Assembly (NCBI GenBank): GCA_951406725.2
Contig: OX597832.1
Span: forward strand, 39,990,001 to 40,054,000
DNA from: Octopus vulgaris
Taxonomy: Eukaryota
Direction of reading: 5' to 3'
Length of the DNA stretch: 64,000 nucleotides
Shown: positions 1 through 12,400 of the stretch, piece after piece
Position numbering within the stretch: the stretch's first letter is position 1
Layout of the letters: every line of letters starts with the position of its first letter
Notes under the pieces: generated by a model
The model's input: the letters and a program-made list of their open reading frames with translations, nothing else
Told to the model about the DNA's origin: nothing
Databases searched by the model: none
Translations under genes and position numbers: made by a program

Positions 1-139
1 GTTGCACGGTTTGACTGAGGACTGGCAAACCAGAAGGCCGTACCAGGCTCCAGTTAGGCTCCAATGCATGAGAATAATTTTTATGTGTATGGGGAAAGGG
101 AAAGTGTTTGTGTCAATCATGTTCAATTAATTAATCATA

Positions 140-510
140 ATGTGTCTCCCTCTCAATGACACGCCAGAGTGAAGGATGGTAAGTGACTGACGAGGTTGAA
201 GAATTTATTATTCCACCCTTCACAGATGTTGTTGGTACGGGCATTGTTGTTCATGGTGGCATCACGCACATTCCATTGATGAGGGGCAAGCAGGTGGAAT
301 GTGACGCATTCTCAGAGACATTGGGGCATAAGTACAATCGAAGTACATGAGCAACCCCTCATCGTCAGGTGGATCTTGTGGAATGGCAATTTCAAGGGAT
401 CTCAATATCTTCATCAACGTCTTGTAGGGGGAAAAAAGAGGAGAGCATCGATCATACCACAAAACAATTGAAACTCGGCATTGGTATTATACTGTGTTCC
501 CAGTTTAGGA
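140..510 (-). mobile_element. Degenerate Mutator/MULE-type transposase C-terminal fragment
   Basis: Frameshifted minus-strand translation QLFCGMIDALLF...YFDCTY...WNVRDATMNNNARTNNICEGWNNKF...PSLWRVIE; RTNNxxEGWN is typical of MULE transposases. Confidence 0.7.
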
Positions 511-962
511 ACCCTGCATATTGAATGCATGTGTGTATTTCTGCGCACGCATGCATGCGTGTGTTTGTCATCAGTGTCAAAACCTATTGTCAGCAAAACA
601 GGTCGAATATCCAGTCAGTCAATGCCAAATCCTCAGGGTCCAAACAGCCATGTCCCAATAATCTCATTCCAAAAAAGCCAGGCATTAAACGGTTTCAGTG
701 ACAGCATCAAAGAACACCAAACGCAACGTGTCAAACAGCAACATTGGAGACAATGCCAAACGACATCAAATAACGACGACACTCCACGTCAAAAGTAAAA
801 TAACTGCATAACATTGCATTGCTTTCAACCTGTTGATGAGACACAGGCCAATGTCAGCACAGTTTGATTCCAGTGTAGTTATATGGTTAAATAGTTCAGA
901 CATCTGTTTGAGGATAAACGACTAAAGATAAATCAATTAAAAAGACAGAATTTGTTACTTAC

Positions 963-1089
963 TTTTACAAACATCAACCAGAGCGGCCAGTGCCTTGAGA
1001 CGAATCAATGGGTCAGTTGTCCACACAACCATACGACATAAAGAAAGATGACCATATTCTCCTACAATGCCTTGTTTTTCCTGATGCAG
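963..1089 (-). CDS. TUBGCP3: TUBGCP3 exon 12 (LHQEKQGIVGEYGHLSLCRMVVWTTDPLIRLKALAALVDVCK)
   Basis: ttttattccag| acceptor, |gtaagt donor, 127 nt; matches [27 protein letters not shown]. Confidence 0.95.
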
Positions 1090-3412
1090 CTGGAATAAAA
1101 AAACTTTCTTGGTAAAATATCATGTCAAACCCTTGGGCAACATTGCCTCTACCCAGCAGGCAACGTCGCCCCCACCCAGCAGGGTCAATAAAGTACCAGT
1201 GAAACATTGGGGGTTGATGTAATTGACTAGTCCCCTCCCTAAAAATGCAGGCCTTGTACCTTTAGAGAAAGGATTATCATCATCATTACTGAAAACATCA
1301 CACACTATCCAATATTGTGATGTTATAGACGGATGATTTTGTGTGTTCCAGGGATTTGTGTTGTCTGGCCAAGTGACAACAAGGATCTCAGATGGACTAG
1401 TTTGGGATGTATTGCATGCAGTTCCAAGTAAAGCTGATTTTTGCAATACACCAAGATTGTGGGGTATTTCTAAAGTGTCCAGATGTTTCTTCAGTTTGAG
1501 AGGTATTGAACCCAATGCTCCAATGACAACCAGATACATATATATACACACACACACACACTTACATACATAGACAAATATATGCACACACACACACACA
1601 CACACACACAATGATGGGTTTCTTCCAGTTTCTGTTTATAAAATCCACTCACAAGGCTTTGGCTGGACAGGGCTATAGAAGACACTCGCCTAAGGTTCCA
1701 TGCAGTAGGACTGAACCCAGAACCATGTGGTTGGGAAGCAAGCTTTTTAGCCACGCCCACAAATCCATACAAAGGCATGAACTGATGACACAAACAACAA
1801 GGTTCATCCAGTACATGCGAGCATGGAAACAGAGGCAACATAATGGCCAACACGAAATGTGCTAGACCAGGGCTTCTCAACCATTTTTTACCTGTGGACT
1901 CCTTTGATTCTATTTTACTCAGAGAGGCCCTCATAGCCAATCAATGTTTATATTTTCATAACTGAATATTATCAGGAACTTTATAAAAATAATTATTAAA
2001 ATGTTTTGTGTATTGTAGAAGTATAACCGATTTATTGCAGATAAATTTTAACAACAAAATCTTATATGGACCCCCAAGAGTCATACGGATTCCAGTTGAG
2101 AACCAATGATTTAGACAAAAATGCTGCCACTAAATGTTCAACCTGTATGACAGATTATTGACAACAAAAATGCTTGCGAAGACCTGTTGAGGCAAGTGAA
2201 ATCGAAATCAATCAAAAAAAAATCAATGGAAATTGTAGTTGTGATACCAGTGCCGGTGGCACGTAAAAGAACCATCCGAACATGGTTGTTGCCAGCGCCA
2301 CCCCAACTGGCCTCCATGCCAGTGGCACGTAAAAAGCACCCACTACACTCATGGAGTGGTTGGTGTTAGGAAGGGCATCCAGCTGTAGAAACACTGCCAG
2401 ATCAGACTGGAGCCTAGTGCAGCCTCCTGGCTTCCCAGACCCCAGTCGAACCGTCCAACCCATGCCAGCATGGAAAGTGGACGTTAAACGATGATGATGA
2501 TGATGAAAAACACCAGCAATCTAATAAATTCCCAACTGAGTTAACCCTTCAGCATCCAAATCGACCACATGTGGCCCAAATATTCTACCTGTTTTATGTT
2601 CAAATTGTCAAGATCTGGTCTCTTACACCCATCCTACAATGTCATTCTCAAAATATAGTTACATTGTTGAAATCTCAAAACTATGATAAAATGCAGGATT
2701 AATTCAAATTGATGTGAATAAATAAGCATTGCATTTGAACAGAGAAATCTCTGAATGGTGAAGGGTTAAACAAAAAAAAGACAAGTTACCTGACTCTCCA
2801 AGACAGCCATGAGTCTGTAGTATTCGGTCAGTTCTTGGTGGAGAGCAGCACAGAAACTCTACAACAAATGACAAAAACAATTCAACAGTTTTAGCAAGAA
2901 ACAGGAAAAGAGAATCCTATTTTAAAGTTTAAAACATTTGAAAAAAGAATAATAAATTAAACCCAGTGGTTGTTAGGGGTAGATCAGGTACCCATATTGT
3001 TGACTGCCATTTCAATAGATAATTTTCTACTAGTAATTAAGAGTTGAAGGACATCATTAGGTGGGGGTATTGTTTGTTCCAAGTCAGTCCTGATCGAACA
3101 GAATTATGATCAAAATGTATTTCTTCTCTTTTACTCTGACAACCTTAATATCCGAAAGTTGAGGAACAAACTAAATTGTTTCTCCATTTTCTTATTTGTA
3201 TTATATATATAAAAAAAATAATAAAATAAATAAATAAAAAAAAAATAAAAATAAATATATATGTAAATTAATAATTTAAAATTTTTAACTTTAAATTTAA
3301 ATAATTTAAATTTTATATATTTGGTATATTATATTAATTAATTTTATTTCTATGTTTTGGTTTATGTTTTTCACTGTTTGATTTTCCTAATAGTGGTTTT
3401 ATCTCTAATTTA

Positions 3413-3448
<36 letters not shown>

Positions 3449-6400
3449 GTGTGCCAAACAATGTTATGTCCCAAAAATAAATTAGCCGTACAAATACACT
3501 TCAATAAAGTATTAGGGTTGGTATGCTCAAAGGCAGTGCCCCAGCATGGTCACAACCCAATAACTAAAACTAGTAATAGTACAGGTAATGGAGCAGAGGA
3601 CTGACCACAAGAAATAAAACTAAAAAACAGAGTTGAAAAACTGGGTAAAAAGAGAGAATTCTCTTACTTGTTCAACAAGACCAACAGCTTTTAGTTGACT
3701 GTGACACTCCACGTATTCTTTGATCTTGTTGTGAAGCCAGCCACACTCTGCCAACTTACTGACCCGATGGCACACTGCTCTCCCTATTCCGATCTGCCAA
3801 GAAGAAAACAGAGAAACAAAACTACACACGGCTCTGGTTGGTCTACGGAAGTTCAAGAAGCAATAAATTTTGAATAGTAACACATGGGAAACAATGACAG
3901 CAGTGATGGTGTTAGAAAGGAGATTTAAAGGAGAGAAACACAAATATTTCATATTTGTGCCATGTCTTGAGTTCTGTCTTACTGTGTGACATTTTTGGAC
4001 AAGTGTTTTTTAGTGTAGCCTTGAGATGACCAAAACCTTATGAGTGGAACTAGAAAAGGAAAACTGTACAGAAGCTTGTCTCATGTGTATATATGTGTGC
4101 TTGAGTATGTACATACATGTATATGTGTGAGTGTGTGTGATTGATTCAATTAAACTTTTAATCTTCAAACAAAACCCTTAACTCTTATCACTGAGTAATT
4201 CAAACTGTATAACCCAAAATTTAAAGGTCAAAATTCCTAGTGCATATTATACACGAGGTTAAAAATGAAAATTATTTTCTAAGCAATGTCCAAGTCTCTA
4301 TTTGCTGTACAGCAATGTTTATTCAAAGGCATTTTGTGATGTCGGGTGCGAAAATAATAACGTATATTCAAATTATGCAATGAAGTCATAAAAGAATCAT
4401 CCATAACTTGCAGTAAGCAACATTCATTAAATGTTATTATTGTTATTTCTTTATTTTCTGCAAACAAAAGGCACAAAAAAGCTACACGTTTGCATTATGT
4501 TATATATACAATAATAATAAAGGACGTTATATAGACCTCCTTGACTCAAGTTAGAGAAAGGGTGCATATTATACACAAGGTTTGGGTTTTTCTGAGGTAC
4601 AGCCCCCTAAAAATCCCCTGCATATTATACTCAAGGGCGGACTATACTCGAGGATTTACGGTAATTCAAACTATATAAAAGTCACTATTGTGATGTATGA
4701 ATCTGGTTAAGCTTGGCTAAAAGACAATTATCAAAAGGAATTGAGAAACCTCACAGGGGATAAATTCACGACACGTAAAAAGCACCCACTACACTCATGG
4801 AGTTGTTGGTGTTAGGAAGGGCATCCAGCTGTAGAAACTCTGCCAGATCAAGATTGGGGCCCGGTGCAACCATCTAGTTCGCCAGCCCTCAGTCGAAATA
4901 GTCCATCCCATGGTAGCATGGAAAGCGGACGTTAAACGATGATGATGTTGTCATAATGACATATTTCAACTTTTAAAAAAATCAACTCAGTGGAACATAA
5001 TAACGTATATTCAAAATTAGGCTAAAACTAAAAAAACAACAACAAAAAACCTTGTTTATTCTTGCTTTATTTCTTTTACTCCTTTCAGCCCTTAGACTAT
5101 GGCTACATCAACCCCAGTACTTTTAAGCCTGGTAGTTATTCTATCAGTCTCTTTTGCTGAACTGCTAAGTTATGGGGTGATAAACAAACCAACACCATTT
5201 GTCAAGCAGTGGAGAGGACAGACACAAAGACACACATACACAGTTTCATCATCATCATCTTTTAACGTCTGTTTTCCATGCTAGCATGGGTTGGACGGTT
5301 TGACCGGGGTCTAGAAAGCCAGTAGGCTGCACCAGGCCCAGTCTGATCTGGCAGTGTTTCTACAGCTGGATGCCCTTCCTAACGCCAACCACTCCGTGAG
5401 TATAGCAAACTACTACCAAATTCATTCATGAGATGTAGGTCGGCCTGGGGCTGTAGTAAAAGACACCCAAGGTACTGCACAGTGGGACCAAACCTGAAAC
5501 AACATGGTTAAAAATCAGCTTGTTAACCACACAGCCATGTCAGCACCTATTATGCGTATTATACAGCTGCAATATTTCTAATACTGAAAACATACTGAAA
5601 TTTCATAATTTATCACCTCTTATGCAAATTTGGTTAACTGCCTAAGAATTTTAATCATAATTAAGAAGAATGACAATCACTGTGGTTATGCAATTAGGGA
5701 GACTCTGTAACAACATAGAATATACAATTAAGGAAACTCTGTAAAAAATGGTGACTTACATCAGGATTGATCCTGTAAGTATTAGAAGATGGATCAAACT
5801 TGATCCATTTCCCTTCAATACCTTGGAACACATAGACCAGATCTTTCAAGAGCTCAGATTCACTTATCTCATAAGGCACTGAAAAAGATGACAAACATGA
5901 AAGAAAGGAAACCAAGGCCTCTAGTATCATCATTATTATTATTATTAATAATAATAATTATTACTGAAGGTGGAGAGCAAGCAGAATCATTAACATGCCG
6001 GGCAAAATGCTGAGTGGCATTTCATCGGTCTTAATGATCAGAGGTAAATAGGGACATGTATATACAAACGTATATACATGCATATACATACAAACATGTA
6101 TATACATATATATATACATACATACATACATAAACACGTAAATACATATTCATACACATACACACATATATATACACACACTCATACATACATACACACA
6201 TATACACACATACATACACACACACACATATAGATAGATACATACATACATACATACATACATACATAATATACAGTGTGTAGATAACAAAGCTAATGCA
6301 TATAAAGTTAACACAATCCTTACTGTCGTCAGTTTTGTTGACAGGTATTCGTGCATCCGGTGTGATATTGGCTGCGCTTTTAGACCGTGAACAGACATAT

Positions 6401-9400
6401 CGAGGTGAATCAGACGCTGTAACAAACAAAAATAACTCCTGCTTCAACTAAATAAACAACATTAATAATACAAACAACAACATCTCAAATTTAATCTAAC
6501 ATTACTAATTATACCTGACCTCTTATTCTATTTTTGGGTTTTTTTTCCATCAGCCCATGCTGTGTTTCTCTTAATCCTTTAGTATTTAAACTGGCCATAT
6601 CTGGCCAAAATAATCTACCTGTTTTATTTTCAAACTGGCAAGATCCAGCCTCTCACACTTTACAATAGTATTCTAAAAACTAGCACTAGGTCATAGTGCT
6701 AGTGCATGCATATACAGCTGTGTGCGTGCGTACATACACACAAGTACTGTCCAAATCTCCGACCAACCACATACAGCTAGCTGGCATTCAATTGGCGTAT
6801 CAAGTTTCAGGCATTTTGATTGGGTTTTGGATAAAAAATTCACAAAAAAGTAACTTCTATTGATTTTTTAATGGCTTTGCGGGGTGACTGGGGAAATGTA
6901 AAGATGTGCACGACCACCCTTGGACGGTTTTGAATGACCATAGAAAGTGCGAGCCCTCTAACTGAAAAATTGTGGATTTGTATAAAGGACACACACACAG
7001 ACATTTTGCCGTTTATATATATAGAGATAAACAATCCTGTCGTTGAAATTTCAAAGCTACAAAGTAATGGACAACAAATTCATATCAATGTGAATAAATA
7101 AGAATTACATTTGACGGAGAAATCTGAATGCAAAAGGGTTAAAGTCTTGATTAAGAACTAAAAGACAGGCTTTGAAGACATCTACTTTCCTTTCCGGTTA
7201 AACTTGTTTCCCCTCCTCACTATGTTCTAATACTTAAAAAATATAAAACTGCTTCCAAAATGGTGAAATCTTAGCCAACCCTTCCATCTCTCTGATCTAA
7301 AAGTACTCCCAAGAATGACAATGTCCTTTTATCAACAGAACAAACTATTTTTTAATAGTGGAGATGGCAGTCCCATAATCCTTCAGAGGAAGGGGTGAAG
7401 GCATGCAGCCTAGTGATTGGGGTATTGCACCAATAATTCTAAGAGCAAGGTTTTTATTCCAAAATCAAATGGTACATTGTATTCTTGAGCAAAATGCTTA
7501 ATTTCATTCTGTTCAAGTCTGCTCAGCAATAAACAAGGTACAGCAATGGTTGTGAAGTTAACCCTGCGATAGACCAATGTCCCATTTAGCAAGAGTATTG
7601 TAATCTCAATCACAATAGAGATTAAGTTATTCTCCAGCACCCACAGGTTTGTTCCCGTTTCAATAGTTGAGTGTTACAGGAATTCCTTTTTGTCTTTATA
7701 AAATGGAAGGCCCTTTGTCCACTTCAAGCTTGCTACAGCTAGTGTTTCATTGACTTGACTTGAGACAGCATTCACCCGGGGTGGGTTGAGCTGGCTTCAT
7801 TCATCCTCAATGCTGCATCTCTCACAAACGCTGACCAGGCCTGGCAATTTGAGGCTAATGGCCGCATGATCTCCAACCACTCCTTATTCCAGCGGCGAAT
7901 ACCGTAGATATGGGGGCCTAGGTTGGGTTCCAGATCAGCCTTGACTGTCATCAGCCAGGTTTTTCGTTGTCCACCACATCGCTTTCGCCAACCCTGCTTT
8001 CATTACTTGTTATGAGTCAGTCTAACTGACAACAGGCACCACTTTGATTCACCATTCAAAAGAGTGGAGGGGGGGGAGTACTGCTAATGAAGTAAAGTAA
8101 GCTAGTCTGATGGATTAGCTTTTCTTGGGTGATGGTCCTTAGGTGGTTGCTTTAGCAAGAGTTTTACTGTCATCTGCAGTTAGACAAAATCTGACTCACA
8201 AGTTACAGCATCTTCCGCCTTTTCTTTTCACAGTATTGGAAGCCTTACCATTCCTCATCTAGTGAAGCCATAAAAAAAAAAATAGCCACTGCATTGTGAC
8301 CATACTGCAGCAACAATACACCAAAATAGCAGAATCCATTTATGAATCCATTCAAACTATGATGGCTTATAAATGTAAACAACAACAACATAAGTAGGGG
8401 AGAGAGAGAAAGACTGGCATTAAAGCCTTAGAATATTCTCAGAGCAGAAATAGAGACACTTACCTGGTTTCTGTTGGTTCTGTAGAGCCGTTGGGAAACT
8501 CTTACTTTTAACTACAGATGGGTCATGGCCATTTACCAATCTTTAATAAATGGAATCACACAACTATGTATTTACCAATTTACTAAAGTAGTGATTTAAC
8601 ATAATACAATGTACTGGGCTGTCAGAAAAATTTGCTTGGCTGCCCCCCACCCCCACCTACACATTTATTTAAATTCTTTCCAATGTTATTGGAATTAACA
8701 AATTAACACCAAAGTATTTTTATCAGAGTTTTTTTTTTCCCTTTTTGTAGCTATTCTTCCTCTATAACTTTTGTTTATCATTTTTGAAATTTGAATAAAT
8801 TTGACCCCTTTCCACATATATGATGATAGAGTGCTACCTGATTGGTACTCATGCCAGTGAAACCGTTAAGAGCACATCTGAGCGTGATCGTTGCCAGGGC
8901 CACAGATTGACTCCCATGCCAGTGACACATGGAAAGCACCAATCGTTGCCAGCACCGCCTTACCGGCACGTGAAAAACAACATTCAAGCATGGTTGTTGT
9001 CAGTGCTGCCGGACTGGCTCCCATGCAGGTAGCACATAAAAACATCTTTTGAGTGTGGTCGTTGCCAGAACTGCCTGACTGGCCCTTGTGCCGGTGGCAC
9101 GTAAAAAGCACCCACTACACTCTCGGAGTGGTTGGAATTAGGAAGGGCATCCAGCTGTAGAAACTTTGCCAGATCAAGATTGAAGCCTGGTGCAGCCATC
9201 TGGTTCACCAGTCCTCAGTCAAACTGTCCAACCCATGCCAGCATGGAAAGCAGATGTTAAACGATGATGATATTCAGAATACGATGACTATCAGACTAAC
9301 AAAGGTGCAGGTTCTAGCTGAAAATGGATGTGCTTACCTTGGAGGAAACTGTGTATCTGGTGATGGAAGACTGCTAAAACCACTGCTAGCTGATGCAGAT

Positions 9401-12400
9401 TTGGGAAATGATGAATGTGTAGAGGACACATCCCCAATAGCATGTGAAATGTGGGTTGCATCATTCATGATAGGTGTAGAGGTGTAAAAACTAGTCAGGC
9501 TCTGACCAAACAGTTGTCCAGTTGACTGTGGAGAAAAATCATTAAAAAGAAAATCATTAAAAAGAAAATCGTTAATTCATTTTGTATGTAAGACTTCGCA
9601 TATCCAGGGTAGCACAACCATAAACACACATGTGAACAACTCTCAACCTTACAACCACAAGAACACACACAGCAGAGTGCAACCCTTGCACAACCACAAG
9701 AACATTTAAGCAGATCCTTTTTTAAAATTATTTCTACTATAATTACTACTTCTATAAATCCATGAAATCCATCTAAACCTGCTGGGATGCATTAACATTT
9801 TCTGCGACAGCACTGTTTAGCTGCTGCTAAAATTCCATACTGTACCCTTCTTAAATCCTACTCCCAAGTACTAACTTAACTAAATCAGTGATTAAGAATC
9901 TCCTACTGATTAATTCATCTCTTCTCATACAGATATCTCAACATTACAATCTTTGAGGCACAGACTCTCCTCTTTCGGTGTTCTTTAATAATTTCACAAG
10001 TATTTCCTTTTCACCATGTGCTGAAGCCTCCTTAATCACAGGTTATTTCATCTGTAGAGACCATCAACTTCAGATCTCAATTCACCCTTTTCCATTTCTT
10101 CCTCAGTTGTTGCTGTGTAGCCCCTTGGTTGTCCAACAGCACATAGGTAAATGATCAAATGTCCAGCCTCCCAGATATTCAATGCCTTCCTGCTGTTAAA
10201 GACTACACTACACACCTACGTCAGTAGAAGATCCCCTTTGTGGTCTCTTAACCTGTCAGAACAAGCAACCAAATTAATCCTTCAAATTAACTTCTACATT
10301 CTTGAGAAGGGAACAAATAGATGTCATTCCTTAGCCTCTGCCAGCAGTACTTGCCATTCTCAGTTAAATGCTGTATTTTTGTGCTTTTTACCTGGCAATC
10401 GTGCTAGCGTCTCATGTTCAACCACTGCTTCGTCTCACTTCTGTTCTTAAATGATAAATATGCAACATATCATACTCAATTCTTTCTCTTCTAATTCTGT
10501 AAAACTTTCCCTATTCCACTTCCAGTGCCAACACCTCACCACTGTACAGCATCATTCTCCTTCTCCTTCACACGTCATTCAGTCTGTTTCACACAGAATA
10601 AGAAACCATGACATTCAAAGTAAACAAAACATAGAAGTGATGTGAGAAAGAGAAGCAGGTGAAGACAGTGACTATACACTCAGTGGTATGGAGCATACAT
10701 GTTCAGACTTGCAGGTAAATTGTTAATACAAAAATTAATTAGACTTAGAGAGACTGTGAAGGTATGTGACTTAGTTGTTAGGATATTTGGCTCATGATCA
10801 TAAGGTCAGATGTTCCATTCCTAGCAGTGCATTGTATCCTTAAGCAAGACACTTTATTTCACTTCACTCCAGTCCACTCAGCTGGCAAAAATGAGTCATA
10901 CCTCTAATATTCAAAGAGTCAGAATGGTTCAGATGCTGCAACATACACTCTTATGCAGAATGGCAGTCAGCTGATAAATAAAAATGACGAAGATGCACAG
11001 TGTGAGAGAAGAAGATACATTGGTACCAATGAGGCTTTTTGGCACATCTTCAATTTTCCCATTGATGAGGGGCACCCAGCCATCATTCATCTGAGTGTCC
11101 ATCGAGAGCAGTGCTTTTCAAACTTTTTTCTGAAGCCGAACCCCAAGGAAACATTTCACTGGCTCGAGGAACCCCTGTGCAATAATTTAAGTCTTATGCA
11201 CACATATCTGCACAGGAGAATTAAAAATTACTGCCGATTTTAGCATTTTTGTAACTTCTTGCGGAACCCCTGGACTGTACTGGCGGAACACTAAGGTTCC
11301 GCGGAACCCTGGTTGAAAACCACTGATCTAGAGAATGGCCACAGGGTTGTCTTTACAAAACAAACAACCTTGCAACAAGCACTTTCTTCAAAAGAAACTA
11401 CCCTTACTGCCCTTTTTAAGGTGTGTCAAGTAGATAAAGATGCAAGAAAACTCCTTTACCCACAACTGCCCAAGTATTACACCTGGAGAAAACAATAAAT
11501 GGCACAAGAGGAAATGTGGGGCTGATGCTCTTGCAAGAGTTTACAGTGTCCCCTCCAAGCCAAGCAGAATGCTACTACTTACGCCTCCTTTTGCATGAAG
11601 TACGTGGTTCCGAATCATTCCAAGATTCAAGGAGGGTAGATGGCCATGTGCGTGAAACTTATAGGGAATCATGCTATTAAGAAGGGTTTTTTTTTTTTTA
11701 GAAAATGAACATTAGGACCTTGCGTTGACTGAAGCATCAGTAACAGATTCTCCAAGGAAACTCCGTAACTTTTTTGCAATTATACAGAACTTGTGCCAAC
11801 TTGGCCGTCTCCAACAGTTTTGGATGAAACATTATGAGGGCATGGCTTAGGACTTAAAGTATGCAGTTCAACAGGCAAACCCAGATATCAATATTCAGTT
11901 CTCTGAAACAATTTTTAACCAAGCACTGACTGAAATTGAGGATCAAGTTTTGGCCATGGGAGACAAAAATTTGCAAGAGTCTGGCTCTGGACTGCCAAAA
12001 ACAAACCAAGTGATTTAACTTCAAGAGACAAAGCAAGACAGACAAATGATATCACAGACTTGGTTGCATTTGTGAATGAACATGAACTTAAACGTTGTAC
12101 ATATGATCAAATTTATTATTATTATTATTTTTGTATTATAAATTCAGAATTGATTTCCCAATTGAAGAATAAATTTAATTTAGAATAACAAATTTCTATA
12201 CAGCATATTTTGCTTTTTTCTTCCAATATATAAGGAACAATTTCATTCCTAGGCAACACCGGGTGCCTCTGCTAGTCCCAAATATAATGAACTAATGTGA
12301 TTATAATTAATAAACCTGAGCAAGACTGGGTACTGCTGTTCATTATATCGAAAATTATTAATTAATGAAGGAGAATATGAAAATTAATTACCGGCTGGTT

